Part shown: in pieces, positions 28,092 to 38,234 of the stretch
How positions within the stretch are numbered: the first letter of the stretch is position 1
How the letters are laid out: every line of letters starts with the position of its first letter
From: Vulcanimicrobiales bacterium
GTDB taxonomy: Bacteria > Vulcanimicrobiota > Vulcanimicrobiia > Vulcanimicrobiales > Vulcanimicrobiaceae
Assembly (NCBI GenBank): GCA_038231455.1
Contig: JBBRLI010000028.1
Span: forward strand, 1-39,472
Length of the DNA: 39,472 bases
Reading direction: 5' to 3'
The notes under the pieces: generated by a model
Database searches by the model: none
What the model was told of the DNA's origin: nothing
The model's input: only the letters and a program-made list of their open reading frames with translations
Position numbers and translations under genes: made by a program

Positions 28092-28973
28092 ATGATCGCG
28101 ACGCACCGCGTCGACGCGGCGCTCGGAACGTGGACGCATACCGAATACACGCCTGCGTGCGATGATGCGCTCGCGGTGGTTCTCGAAGGCATCTGGCTGT
28201 TCACCGGCCGGACCACGCACGCGCGCGAGACGATTTTTCCGGATGGAACCGTCGAACTCGTGTTCCAGCTCGAAGGTGCATATCGTCCGATCACGGACGG
28301 TCCGGGCGAGCAATTTCCCGTGCTTTCAATTGGTGGACTACTCACGCGAGCGGCAACGATCGAAGGTCCAGGTACGCCGGTCCGCGTCCTTGGGATTCGT
28401 TTGCGTCCGACGGGTGCGTTTCGGTTGTTGAATTGCTCGCTACACGCGCTTTGCGATCGGTCCGTCGATCTTCACGATGTGATAGGTCGCGCCGCCGCCG
28501 AACTCGGTGATCGCTGCACGATGGCGACAAGCGATCTTACCTGCATTGAGGCGGCTGTGACTTGGATTCGAAGCCGGCTAGCCCGAGCTCCCGAACTCGC
28601 CCACGGCCTCGAACGCGCGCTCGCAGAAATCCAAGCGGGCGGCGGTGACGTCACGATCGCCGCACTCGACGCGCTTGGCGATGCATCGCGCGCGCGACTT
28701 ACGGCCGCCTTTCGGGACTGCGTCGGCGTGACGCCCAAACGATTCGCGCGAATTGTACGCTTCCGTCGTGCGCTCGTGCTGCTGACGGGTTCGCCGCTGC
28801 CGCTCACCGAGATCGCCGCTCTCGTCGGCTACTACGATCAAGCGCACATGAACGCCGAGTTTCGCTCCCACGCAGGACTGACACCGCGCGCCCTAGCGCG
28901 TGCCGAGCACTATCCGAACAGTCAGAGCCTCGCGGTGCAAAATTTCCAAGACTCGGCCGATGCGTTTGGCTAA
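28092..28973 (+). CDS. AraC family transcriptional regulator (DUF6597-like N-terminus)
   Basis: FPDGTVEL, GIRLRP, VGVTPKRFARIVRF, GYYDQAHMNAEF...GLTP. Confidence 0.92.
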   Translation: MIATHRVDAALGTWTHTEYTPACDDALAVVLEGIWLFTGRTTHARETIFPDGTVELVFQLEGAYRPITDGPGEQFPVLSIGGLLTRAATIEGPGTPVRVLGIRLRPTGAFRLLNCSLHALCDRSVDLHDVIGRAAAELGDRCTMATSDLTCIEAAVTWIRSRLARAPELAHGLERALAEIQAGGGDVTIAALDALGDASRARLTAAFRDCVGVTPKRFARIVRFRRALVLLTGSPLPLTEIAALVGYYDQAHMNAEFRSHAGLTPRALARAEHYPNSQSLAVQNFQDSADAFG

Positions 28974-28982
28974 GATAGTCCC

Positions 28983-29396
28983 ATGAGTAACTCAGAACCT
29001 CAAACGACCCAAGTGCTCTATCCGGCCCTGCGCTACGACGACGCACACGCTGCAATCGACTGGCTCTGTCGCGCCTTTGGGTTCGTGCGCCAAGTCGTGC
29101 ATGAAGGGCCGGACAACACCGTCGCGCACGCGCAGCTCCTGCTCGCGGGAGGGGTTGTGATGCTTGGCAGCATGCGTGAAGGTGGGGAGTACCCGGTAAA
29201 AACGCCGCGCATCCTTGGTGGATTGACGGGGTCGATCTACGTGTATGTCCCGGACCCCGATTCGCACTGCGCGATTGCACGCGCTGCCGGCGCACGGATC
29301 GTCATCGATCCCTCGGATACCGAGTACGGATCTCGCGAGTACTCTGCGTACGACTGCGAAGACTACTGGTGGACGTTCGGGACGTACCATCCGTAG
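28983..29396 (+). CDS. VOC/glyoxalase-bleomycin resistance family protein
   Basis: PALRYDDAHAAIDWLCRAFGF, HAQL, YGSREYSAYDCEDYWWTFGTY. Confidence 0.92.
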   Translation: MSNSEPQTTQVLYPALRYDDAHAAIDWLCRAFGFVRQVVHEGPDNTVAHAQLLLAGGVVMLGSMREGGEYPVKTPRILGGLTGSIYVYVPDPDSHCAIARAAGARIVIDPSDTEYGSREYSAYDCEDYWWTFGTYHP

Positions 29397-29402
29397 GTGC
29401 GG

Positions 29403-30206
29403 TTACTTACCGTTCCAATGCATCAACCGACGGTCGAGCACCATGAAGATCATGTTGAGTGCGTAGCCGAGGAAGCCAGCGACGAGGATCGACGCGTACA
29501 TGTCGGTGACGTGCAATATCTGCTCGCCCTCGATGATGCGGTGACCGAGACCTTGATCGCTGCCGATAAACATTTCTGCGACGACGACGATCACGAGCGC
29601 CGTGCTGATGCCGTTACGCAGGCCGACGAACGTTTGTGGCAGACTCTCGAAAATGAGCACGTCGCGGAAGATCTGGAACGCGTTCGCGCCCATGACTTTT
29701 GCAGCACGAATACGAGCACGACGTGCGTTCATCACGCCGTAGGCGCTGTTGAACATCACGATGAGGAAGACGGAAAAGGCGGCAATCGCAATCTTGTTGA
29801 TGTCGGTGATGCCAAAAAAGAGAATAAAGAGCGGGATGAGCGCGCTTGCGGGCGTCGAGCGGAAGAAGTCAATGAGGAATTCGACGCTTCGGTAGAGCCG
29901 CTGGCTACTGCCGAACGCAACACCGATCGGTACGCCGAGAATCGACCCGATCGCAAACGAAAGCAGCGTGCGTGTGAGCGTTACCCCCGCATCGGCTGCG
30001 AGCGTTCCGTGGAAGAGCGCGTCGAAGAGATAGCCGATTGTTGCAAAGGGCGTGGGTAGGAGCACGGCTCGAACGACATGCGATGCACAGACGGCCTGCC
30101 AGAGCAGAAAGAATGCGATTGGGCCTGCAAGCGGCAAGAGCCCCACTGCCGAAAATTTTGGGATACGTAGATGTTTGCGCGTTGAGGATACCGAGATTGC
30201 GCTCAT
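29403..30206 (-). CDS. ABC transporter permease, NitT/TauT family
   Basis: LPTP, DFFRSTPASALIPL, AAKVMGA loop, VVAEM, GLGHRI. Confidence 0.92.
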   Translation of the reverse strand: MSAISVSSTRKHLRIPKFSAVGLLPLAGPIAFFLLWQAVCASHVVRAVLLPTPFATIGYLFDALFHGTLAADAGVTLTRTLLSFAIGSILGVPIGVAFGSSQRLYRSVEFLIDFFRSTPASALIPLFILFFGITDINKIAIAAFSVFLIVMFNSAYGVMNARRARIRAAKVMGANAFQIFRDVLIFESLPQTFVGLRNGISTALVIVVVAEMFIGSDQGLGHRIIEGEQILHVTDMYASILVAGFLGYALNMIFMVLDRRLMHWNGK

Positions 30207-30994
30207 CGTGCCATCTCCGCGCGGAAGAGTTCCAGCGCGTGCTGCTTGACCGAAATGAAGTGCGGGTCGCTCATGATCTCCGTCGAGCGGGGACGGGAAG
30301 TCTCGAATTCGATGAACTCCACGACGCGCGTCGGGCGGCGGCTCAGCAGCAAGATGCGATCGGCAAGATACACGGCCTCTTCGAGGTCGTGCGAGACCAG
30401 CACCGTCGTGAGGCCCGTCTCCAAGAACACCGTTTGGAGTTTATCGCGAATATAGAGCGTCATCTCGTAGTCGAGCGCGGAAAACGGTTCGTCGAGTAAG
30501 AGCACTTCGGGATCGGCAACGAGTGCGCGCAAGATCGCTACGAGTTGCTGCTGACCGCCGGAGAGTTCGTAGGTGCGACGTTTGAGATCGAGCGTGATCT
30601 CGAACTTCGCGAGCAACGCATCGACGCGTTCGCGCTGCTGCGCTTTGGGTACGCCGCGTACTTTTAGCGGGTACTCGATATTCTCGAGCGCATTCCACCA
30701 TGGGAAGAGCGAGTCGCGGTAGTTCTGAAAGACGTAGCCGATGTTTGCCGAGCGGAAGTCGCGGCCGCCGATCTCGATGCGGCCGCTCTCGAAGGGCACG
30801 ATCCCGCTCATCATATTAATGAGCGTCGATTTGCCGCAGCCGTTCGGGCCGAAGATCGTGGTGAACTTGCCGCGCGGCAAGTCGAGATCGAACGATCCAT
30901 ACACGACCTGGCCGCCGAACGATTTCGCAAGACCGCGCACGGCAATATAAGCCGCATCGTTGAGGACGCTTGCCATCGCGGGTTCCGCGATCAT
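30203..30994 (-). CDS. ABC transporter ATP-binding protein, NitT/TauT family
   Basis: GPNGCGKST, LSGGQQQ, LLLDEPFSALD, VSHDLEEA. Confidence 0.95.
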   Translation of the reverse strand: MIAEPAMASVLNDAAYIAVRGLAKSFGGQVVYGSFDLDLPRGKFTTIFGPNGCGKSTLINMMSGIVPFESGRIEIGGRDFRSANIGYVFQNYRDSLFPWWNALENIEYPLKVRGVPKAQQRERVDALLAKFEITLDLKRRTYELSGGQQQLVAILRALVADPEVLLLDEPFSALDYEMTLYIRDKLQTVFLETGLTTVLVSHDLEEAVYLADRILLLSRRPTRVVEFIEFETSRPRSTEIMSDPHFISVKQHALELFRAEMAR

Positions 30995-31959
30995 GCTTTG
31001 TAGAGCATCGAGGCGACGGAAAGTTTACGCGTGAAGACTTTCTCCTCGAGAAAGAGGTCGTAGTTTTTTTGGAAGTACGCGATATCCGAGGGCTTGAACT
31101 CATCGAAGATCGTGTAGGAGATCGGGGGAATCGCTTCAGCGAGTTTGACGTCGTACGTCGTGTAATCGGTGAACGCGGTGCGCGCGGTGTTGATGTCCTT
31201 GCGCACGAGTTCGAAACCTTTTCTCATTCCGGCGATGTATTTCTTGACCGCGGCGGGGTTCTTCCCGATGAAGTCTGTCGTTAGCACGGCCGCTCCGCCG
31301 TACCACGGCGCATTGGCGTCGCCGAGCATGTATTTCGAACGAACGCCGGACTCCAGGACTTCGACGGTCCCATTGAGACGACCGACGGTCCCGTTCGGCT
31401 CGTAGGTGTAGGCAGCGTCGATCTGACCCGACGCGATTGCTGCGACGTGTTGCCCCGGTGAGAGTTGCACCGGTATGACGTCGACGCCGTTCTTCTCGAG
31501 GATAATTTTCGCTTCGATCATCGCTTGCGGGCCGACGCCTGTTGCAATTTTCTTGCCTTTGAGGTCCGATATTTTCTTGTACGGCGAACCTTTGGCTACG
31601 ATGATCTCATCGAGAATCGATTTCGCACTGCTGAGATTGGCACCGAGGATTTTTAAGAAGTTGGGTTGAGCGATTTCCGCGAGTGCAAGTTGGGTGGAAC
31701 CGGTACCCGTTGCGGTCGCGTCGATGCGACCGGCCAGGAGCGCTTCAGTCACTTTGACTTGGTCGGCGAATTTCACCAGTTGAACATCGACGCCGGCGGC
31801 TTCGAAAAATTTCATCTTTTCCGCAACGAAGAACGGGAGCGCCGCGGCGACCGGCCAGTAGCCGACCAAAATTTTCGTCGGAGCATCAGCTGCAATTGCG
31901 GGACCGGCGACGCTGAGCGTGCCGGCAACCATGCCGGAAACAAAAGAAGAACGCTTCAA
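30991..31959 (-). CDS. ABC transporter substrate-binding protein (SsuA/NMT1-like)
   Basis: TTG 31959 after GAGGA, 322 aa. Signal peptide, LPFFVA...FF..AG.DV, DLKGKKI, GQIDAAYTYEP. Confidence 0.9.
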   Translation of the reverse strand: MKRSSFVSGMVAGTLSVAGPAIAADAPTKILVGYWPVAAALPFFVAEKMKFFEAAGVDVQLVKFADQVKVTEALLAGRIDATATGTGSTQLALAEIAQPNFLKILGANLSSAKSILDEIIVAKGSPYKKISDLKGKKIATGVGPQAMIEAKIILEKNGVDVIPVQLSPGQHVAAIASGQIDAAYTYEPNGTVGRLNGTVEVLESGVRSKYMLGDANAPWYGGAAVLTTDFIGKNPAAVKKYIAGMRKGFELVRKDINTARTAFTDYTTYDVKLAEAIPPISYTIFDEFKPSDIAYFQKNYDLFLEEKVFTRKLSVASMLYKA

Positions 31960-32073
31960 AAGGAATCCTCTGCGCACGCGGGACCGCAGAACGCGATCCC
32001 AGGTCTTCGACTCTACGCGATTGCTGCGGTCCGGTCACGGGACAATTGTCGAACCGCGCCGCTCCCCAGACGA

Positions 32074-33192
32074 CTAGTGTCGGAGTGCGATGAGCCCAAG
32101 GACCGCTTCGAACGCGATCAGCGCGATGACGACGATTTCGAGGATCTCGCTGCGCGTGTGCTGGGCACGATCCTGGAAGACACGATACATTTCTGCGACC
32201 GATCGAAGTTTGGCGTCGATCTGACGTTGCCAATCGGCGAGGCCGAGTCGTCCCGCGACGCCGCGGTAGAGACGCGCATAGTAGGCATCGCCAATGATTT
32301 TCAGCGCGTTTGCGGTACGGTCCGTCAGTTCGTGCACGTCGACGAGCAAATAGCGCAATTGCGCGGCGGATTGATTCGACTGACGTCCGCGGAAGCGACC
32401 TACGGGCTTCCCGGGTTCGAGCCGGTAGATGGCATCGAGTTCGTCATCGAGTCGTGTATCGTAGGTGCGAAACTCGACTAACTGCGAATTCGCAAACTCG
32501 AGAATGTCCATCACGGCTTCCGCGCCCTCGCTCCGTTCGTAAATGAACGCCGCATCCCACTGCACGGCGATGAAATCATCCTCGAAATAGGAAAAGCTCA
32601 CGCGAAGTGCTTCCGTGACTTCTGCTGCGACGATCGGGCGTTCTTCGAAGAGCAAGAGTCCGGCGACGGCATCGCGACATGGGCCTGCCAAATGTTCGGC
32701 GGAGACGGGCTCGGTAAACGCGTCGACCTCGAGCACGAAATAATCTTCGAGGAGCGATGAATGTGGTTCATCGAGCGCGGGTTTGATTTCGGCAAGCACG
32801 TCCTCGAGCGCCGCGCGCGCCTGGGCTTCGAGTGCGGGGTCGCGACGCAAACGGCGCGTGAGCGAACTGAATTCATTCCACGATCCGCTAAATGGAACGC
32901 TGATGCGAATCGCCACGACCCCGAAGTCGTAAATCTTCGCACGGACGGTTGCAAAGGGTTCTTCGAGGTCGGTTAGGCGGACGATGAGCGGCGGCACCGG
33001 ATACTGGATGAACTCCGATGAGGCTTCGCGCCGCAACTGCAGCGGCGCGCGCTCGACACCCTCGCCACGCACCGAGCGCAGGCGCGCAAGATCGATCGTG
33101 TCGGCAACGTCAAACACGAAGAATGCGCGAAACGCACCTTTGGCGATGGCCGGGAGCGCGCGTGCGGATTCCATCGCAGGCAAGTTCGACAT
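32074..33192 (-). CDS. RMD1/DUF155-like protein with C-terminal TM helix
   Basis: IYDFGVV, YYARLY...LGL..W...ID.KL, SEILEIVVIALIAFE. Start 33192 or 33174. Confidence 0.7.
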   Translation of the reverse strand: MSNLPAMESARALPAIAKGAFRAFFVFDVADTIDLARLRSVRGEGVERAPLQLRREASSEFIQYPVPPLIVRLTDLEEPFATVRAKIYDFGVVAIRISVPFSGSWNEFSSLTRRLRRDPALEAQARAALEDVLAEIKPALDEPHSSLLEDYFVLEVDAFTEPVSAEHLAGPCRDAVAGLLLFEERPIVAAEVTEALRVSFSYFEDDFIAVQWDAAFIYERSEGAEAVMDILEFANSQLVEFRTYDTRLDDELDAIYRLEPGKPVGRFRGRQSNQSAAQLRYLLVDVHELTDRTANALKIIGDAYYARLYRGVAGRLGLADWQRQIDAKLRSVAEMYRVFQDRAQHTRSEILEIVVIALIAFEAVLGLIALRH

Positions 33193-33212
33193 CGGCGTCC
33201 GAAGTGCTGGGC

Positions 33213-33968
33213 GTGAGGCTAAAAGAAAAAATCGCCGCCGGTCAGCCGGTCTTAGGGCTCTCGATCATGTTCGATGCTCCGGCGTTGGTCGAAATCGCAG
33301 GAGCCATGGGCTTCGATTGGGTGCTCTTGGACTGCGAACACGGCGCACTCTCCGTCGACCGGCTCGAACCGCTGATCGCGGCAGCCGATGCCTACGGCGT
33401 CGCGGCGATCGTGCGGCCGCCGGATAATTCGCCGGAGACGCTGCTACGCGCGCTCGATCGCGGCGCGGCCGGACTGCAATGCCCGCACGTGAATAATGCC
33501 GACGATGCGCGTGCGATCGTGCGCGCGGCAAAGTTCCATCCGCTCGGCCAACGCGGGCTTGCCGTCGGTACGCGCGCGTCGCGATACGGGACGATGGCGA
33601 GCGTCGATGCGTATACAAAATCCGCGAATCGCGACACGCTTATTTGCGTACAGATCGAACACCAGGACGCGCTTGCGCATATCGAGGCGATCGCAGCAGT
33701 CGACGGCGTCGACGTCATGTTTGTCGGCGCGATGGATCTCTCGCAGTCGATGGGCCTGCCGGGACAAACCGACTCCGCGGAGGTGCAACACGCGGTGGAC
33801 GATGCGCTCGCGCGCATCAAAGCGAGCGGTCGCGGCGCCGGAACAGCGGGCAAACCCGAAGCGGCAAAGCGACGTTTACTCGAGCAAGGCGTGCTGTACT
33901 ACTACACGCATGTCACATCGCTACTCGGTTCGGCGGCAGCGCCGTATCTCGCGCTACGCCGGAGGTAA
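33213..33968 (+). CDS. HpcH/HpaI class II aldolase family protein
   Basis: GFDWVLLDCEHG, IVRP, LDRGAAG, KFHPLGQRG, QIE, FVGAMDLS. 251 aa from GTG 33213. Confidence 0.92.
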   Translation: MRLKEKIAAGQPVLGLSIMFDAPALVEIAGAMGFDWVLLDCEHGALSVDRLEPLIAAADAYGVAAIVRPPDNSPETLLRALDRGAAGLQCPHVNNADDARAIVRAAKFHPLGQRGLAVGTRASRYGTMASVDAYTKSANRDTLICVQIEHQDALAHIEAIAAVDGVDVMFVGAMDLSQSMGLPGQTDSAEVQHAVDDALARIKASGRGAGTAGKPEAAKRRLLEQGVLYYYTHVTSLLGSAAAPYLALRRR

Positions 33969-35366
33969 GTCGGCGGCGCGCCCGACGCCGGTTCCGCGCC
34001 GGAGGAGATAGACGGGAATCGACGCGAGTAGAATCGCGATTCCAACAAGTGACCCGGTCGGATTGGTGATGAGCGTTTGCACGAGTACCCACGCGCCAAC
34101 GAATACGAAAACGGCAGGGACGATCGGATAGGCCGTCACGCGATAAGGGCGCGGCGTTTCGGGCTCTTTGCGCCGCAGAACGAAAACGCCGATAACGGAG
34201 GCGATAACGAAGATGAACGTATTGAAGATCAGGTAATCGCTCAGCGCATCGAAACCCGCGAAGAGTAAGAGCGTCATCGCAACGCCGCTCGTTGCGAGAA
34301 CCGCGCGGATCGGGACGGCACTTCGCGACACGCGCGCAAGCGGCGCAAACAAGACGCCGTCGCGTGCGAGCGCATAGGTGACGCGCGACTCACCGAAAAT
34401 GACGATGTGGAGCGTGGCCGCACTCGAGAAAAAGAAAATCGCTGCTGCAATACTACCGATCGCAGGCCCGAAAAGCGACTGCGCGACCGCAACGCCGAGT
34501 GACGCGGTCGCCGGAAGCGCGAGGATCGCATGGTCGCCAAGGACGCGCACGAAAGCTGCATTTGCCGCTACGTACAGGATGAGGACGAGGCTGACGCCGC
34601 CGATGAGCGCACGCGGAAGCGCCAGCTGCGGGCGTTTGACTTCGCCGGCTACGTAAATTACGGATTGCCAGCCGTTGAATGCGTAGAGCGCTGCAAGGAC
34701 GGCCGCTGCAAATCCGGGAGCCCCGCCGCGAACGCTCGCGAGCACACCGCCGCAGAGTGTCGCTGCAGCGGGCACCGGGTGACTCGCGCCAAGTAAAAAG
34801 CCGCCAAGCGTTATCCCCGCAAGAACCAAGACTTTCATCGTTGCGAAGAGCGAGGCGATGCCGCCGTTGACCGCGGTCGGTAGACAGTTGATCAGGGTGA
34901 CGATCGCGATGAAAAGAAAACCGCCGATCTGCACGCCGCCGAACGTTAGATGGAGTCCGGCAATATCGAGGTGTGTCGTCCACGTATCGAGCAAACCGCC
35001 GCTCAGGCGATTGAAGAAGATCGCCGCACCCGCGCCGAGCGCGCCGATCGCCGCGGGCGCGATGACGAAGAGAATCATCCACCCGAAAGCAAACGCGGCC
35101 CACGGCCCGTAAGCGCGGCGCAGGAAGGCATAGATGCCGCCGGATTCCGGGATCATCGCAGCGAGTTCCGCAAGCGCCAGCGCGCCGCAGAGCGTCAAAA
35201 TACCGGCAACCGCCCACGCGAGCAATTCGCCGGAACCGAATCCGACCTCGCACATCATGGCCCGGCCTTTGAGAAAGACGCCTTGCCCAATCATATTGCT
35301 CACGACGAGCGATGCCGCAGCAAAAATGCCGAGTGTTGGAAGCAGCGTACGCGGCCGAGCCTTCAT
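33954..35366 (-). CDS. APC family amino acid permease
   Basis: MIGQGVF, AELAAMIPESGGIY, YAFNGW...AGEVKRP, RPYRVTAYP; many TM helices. Confidence 0.93.
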   Translation of the reverse strand: MKARPRTLLPTLGIFAAASLVVSNMIGQGVFLKGRAMMCEVGFGSGELLAWAVAGILTLCGALALAELAAMIPESGGIYAFLRRAYGPWAAFAFGWMILFVIAPAAIGALGAGAAIFFNRLSGGLLDTWTTHLDIAGLHLTFGGVQIGGFLFIAIVTLINCLPTAVNGGIASLFATMKVLVLAGITLGGFLLGASHPVPAAATLCGGVLASVRGGAPGFAAAVLAALYAFNGWQSVIYVAGEVKRPQLALPRALIGGVSLVLILYVAANAAFVRVLGDHAILALPATASLGVAVAQSLFGPAIGSIAAAIFFFSSAATLHIVIFGESRVTYALARDGVLFAPLARVSRSAVPIRAVLATSGVAMTLLLFAGFDALSDYLIFNTFIFVIASVIGVFVLRRKEPETPRPYRVTAYPIVPAVFVFVGAWVLVQTLITNPTGSLVGIAILLASIPVYLLRRGTGVGRAADLPPA

Positions 35367-35432
35367 CGCCGGGGGCTTGCCCGGTCTGGTCGAAATTCTC
35401 CTATCCCTCGGGCTACCGACGCAACCGCGTCG

Positions 35433-35459
35433 CTAGCACTCTCGGTTATAGAGTGCGAA
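35433..35459 (+). promoter_or_regulatory. CIRCE element (HrcA operator) upstream of clpB
   Basis: CTAGCACTC-N9-GAGTGCGAA versus consensus TTAGCACTC-N9-GAGTGCTAA; ends 1 nt before the ATG. Confidence 0.88.
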
Positions 35460-35460
35460 T

Positions 35461-38088
35461 ATGAACGTCGAACGTATGACTCAGCGCGTGCAAGAAGCGC
35501 TAAACACCGCTTACACCCGTGCCTTGACCGAGCGCAACACACAGACGACGCCCGAACACGTTCTCGCGGCGATCCTCGAGCAGCCCGAGGGCGTCGCGGT
35601 ACCCGTGATCCAGAAGGCCGGCAAAGATCCGCTCGCCGTGGCCAAGGCGACCGATGAGGCGATCGGCCGCCTCCCGCGCTATTCCGGCTCGGCTGAGAGC
35701 GCGCAGGTTACCGTGTCGCCCGGCCTCACGCGACTGCTCGCCGCTTCGGAGACGGAAGCAAAGAATCTCGGCGATGAGTACGTCTCGGTCGAGCATTTGC
35801 TCTTGGCGATGTCGGCCGACGCGAGCACCGCGGTCGGCGGCATTTTTCGCGCCGTTGGGCTCACGCGCGACACACTTCTCTCAGCGCTTAAATCGGTGCG
35901 CGGCAATCAGCGCGTGACGACGCAGAATCCCGAAGGCACGTATCAGTCGCTCGAACGGTACGGGCGCGATCTCACCAAGGCCGCCTCGCAAGGCAAACTC
36001 GACCCGGTCATCGGCCGCGATGAAGAGATCCGCCGCGTCGTGCAAGTGCTCTCGCGCCGCACGAAAAACAATCCGGTCCTCATCGGCGAACCCGGCGTCG
36101 GAAAAACGGCGATCGTCGAAGGTCTCGCGCAGCGCATCGTGCGCGGCGACGTTCCCGAAGGTCTGAAAAATAAAGTCATCATCTCGCTCGATATGGGCGC
36201 GCTCATCGCGGGTGCCAAATATCGCGGCGAATTCGAAGAGCGACTGAAATCCGTGCTCAAAGAAGTTCAGGGTTCGAACGGAGCCGTACTGCTCTTCGTC
36301 GACGAGTTGCACACCGTCGTTGGCGCAGGCAAAGCCGAAGGCTCGATGGATGCGGGCAACCTGCTCAAACCGTTGCTCGCGCGCGGCGAACTCCACATGA
36401 TCGGCGCGACGACGCTCGATGAATACCGCAAGTACATCGAAAAAGACGCCGCCCTCGAACGACGCTTCCAGCCGGTGCTCGTCGATCAACCTTCAGTCGA
36501 AGACGCGATTTCGATTCTGCGCGGTTTGCGCGAACGCTACGAAGTGCACCATGGCGTGCGTATTAAAGACGCGGCGCTAGTTGCAGCCGCCGTGCTTTCG
36601 AATCGCTATATCGCCGATCGCTTCTTACCCGACAAAGCCATCGACCTTGTCGATGAAGCTGCCGCAAAATTGCGCACGGAAATCGACTCGATGCCGACCG
36701 AACTCGATGAGGCAACGCGCCGCATCATGCAACTCGAGATCGAACGCGAAGCGCTGCGCAAGGAGAGCGACGCCCAGTCACGCGCGCGGCTAGAAAAACT
36801 TGACGGCGAGATCGCTGAGTTACGTGAGACATCAGACGGGCTGAAGACGCGCTGGCAAAACGAGAAAGACGCCGTCCAGCGTCTGCGCGAACTGCGCGAA
36901 CAGATCGAAACGACGAGGACGGAGGTCGAACGCGCCTCGCAAGCCGCCGACTATGCGAAGGCAAGCGAACTCAAGTACGGACGGCTGAGTGAACTCGAAC
37001 GCCAACTCACGGCCGAAGAGTCGGCGATCAGTGCGCCGGGCCGCTTGACCAAAGAAGAAGTCGATGAAGAAGATATCGCCGGCATCGTGAGCCGCTGGAC
37101 AGGCGTGCCGGTGACCAAACTTCTCGAAGGCGAGATTCACAAACTCTTGCACCTCGATGAGGAGCTGCACAAGCGCGTCATCGGTCAGGACGAAGCCGTC
37201 ACGGCGGTCGCCGAGGCGATCGTGCGCGCACGCTCGGGACTCTCCGATCCGAACCGGCCGCTGGGGTCATTCATCTTCCTCGGACCGACCGGGGTCGGTA
37301 AAACCGAACTCGCACGGGCGCTGGCGGGATTTCTCTTCGATGACGAACGCGCGATGATCCGCATCGACATGTCGGAGTTCCAGGAAAAGCACACCGTCGC
37401 GCGTCTGCTCGGCGCACCTCCAGGATATGTCGGATTCGATGAGGGCGGACAACTCACCGAAGCCGTGCGTCGGCGTCCGTTCTCGGTGATCTTATTCGAT
37501 GAAATCGAAAAGGCGCACCCCGACGTCTTCAACGTGTTCTTGCAGATTCTCGATGACGGACGCCTCACCGACGGTCAGGGCCGCACGATCGATTTCAAAA
37601 ACACGATCGTCATCATGACCTCGAATATTGGTAGCCACCGCATCCTCGACTATCAGCCCGGCGCCGATAACGCGGCGGAATTTGCCGTGATGCGCGCGAC
37701 CGTGCTCGACGAACTTCGCCAGCACTTCCGTCCCGAGTTCCTCAATCGAGTCGATGAGATCGTCGTCTTCCACGCCCTCACCGAAGACCAACTGAAGAAG
37801 ATCGTCGATATCCAAGCGGGACGGCTGCGCGGACGACTCGCCGACCGGCGCATCACGCTCGAACTCAGCGATGAGGCGAAGACGCATCTCGTCAAATCCG
37901 GTTACGAAGCCGCCTACGGCGCACGCCCGCTCAAACGAGCGATTCAACGCGAAGTGGAAACGCCGCTTGGCCGCAAGATCCTCGCCGGCGACGTGCGCGA
38001 CGGAGACACGGTTTACGTAGATTTCGACGAACTACGCGGCGAGCTTACATTCTCGACCACCGGATTTCAAGTACCGATACTCCGGTAG
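35461..38088 (+). CDS. clpB: ATP-dependent chaperone ClpB
   Basis: 875 aa. Two AAA+ modules ([16 protein letters not shown]), long coiled-coil middle domain, GARPLKRAI. Confidence 0.97.
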   Translation: MNVERMTQRVQEALNTAYTRALTERNTQTTPEHVLAAILEQPEGVAVPVIQKAGKDPLAVAKATDEAIGRLPRYSGSAESAQVTVSPGLTRLLAASETEAKNLGDEYVSVEHLLLAMSADASTAVGGIFRAVGLTRDTLLSALKSVRGNQRVTTQNPEGTYQSLERYGRDLTKAASQGKLDPVIGRDEEIRRVVQVLSRRTKNNPVLIGEPGVGKTAIVEGLAQRIVRGDVPEGLKNKVIISLDMGALIAGAKYRGEFEERLKSVLKEVQGSNGAVLLFVDELHTVVGAGKAEGSMDAGNLLKPLLARGELHMIGATTLDEYRKYIEKDAALERRFQPVLVDQPSVEDAISILRGLRERYEVHHGVRIKDAALVAAAVLSNRYIADRFLPDKAIDLVDEAAAKLRTEIDSMPTELDEATRRIMQLEIEREALRKESDAQSRARLEKLDGEIAELRETSDGLKTRWQNEKDAVQRLRELREQIETTRTEVERASQAADYAKASELKYGRLSELERQLTAEESAISAPGRLTKEEVDEEDIAGIVSRWTGVPVTKLLEGEIHKLLHLDEELHKRVIGQDEAVTAVAEAIVRARSGLSDPNRPLGSFIFLGPTGVGKTELARALAGFLFDDERAMIRIDMSEFQEKHTVARLLGAPPGYVGFDEGGQLTEAVRRRPFSVILFDEIEKAHPDVFNVFLQILDDGRLTDGQGRTIDFKNTIVIMTSNIGSHRILDYQPGADNAAEFAVMRATVLDELRQHFRPEFLNRVDEIVVFHALTEDQLKKIVDIQAGRLRGRLADRRITLELSDEAKTHLVKSGYEAAYGARPLKRAIQREVETPLGRKILAGDVRDGDTVYVDFDELRGELTFSTTGFQVPILR

Positions 38089-38234
38089 ACAAAATGGTGT
38101 AACCCATTCGAGAAAATCAGATTTGGCACTATTTGACTAAGGCGAAAGAAAAGCTGCGAGAACCCTCTGTGTCAACATGAGTGGAGTCCGGGCGCAGCCG
38201 GATAATTCTTTGAGGGCGACCAAGGTTGTTGTCG

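Noticed and set aside
38089-38167. AAATCAGATTTGGCACT resembling the IS5 end at 121-136, or a half CIRCE
   Set aside because: Short imperfect match with no partner repeat or target duplication.
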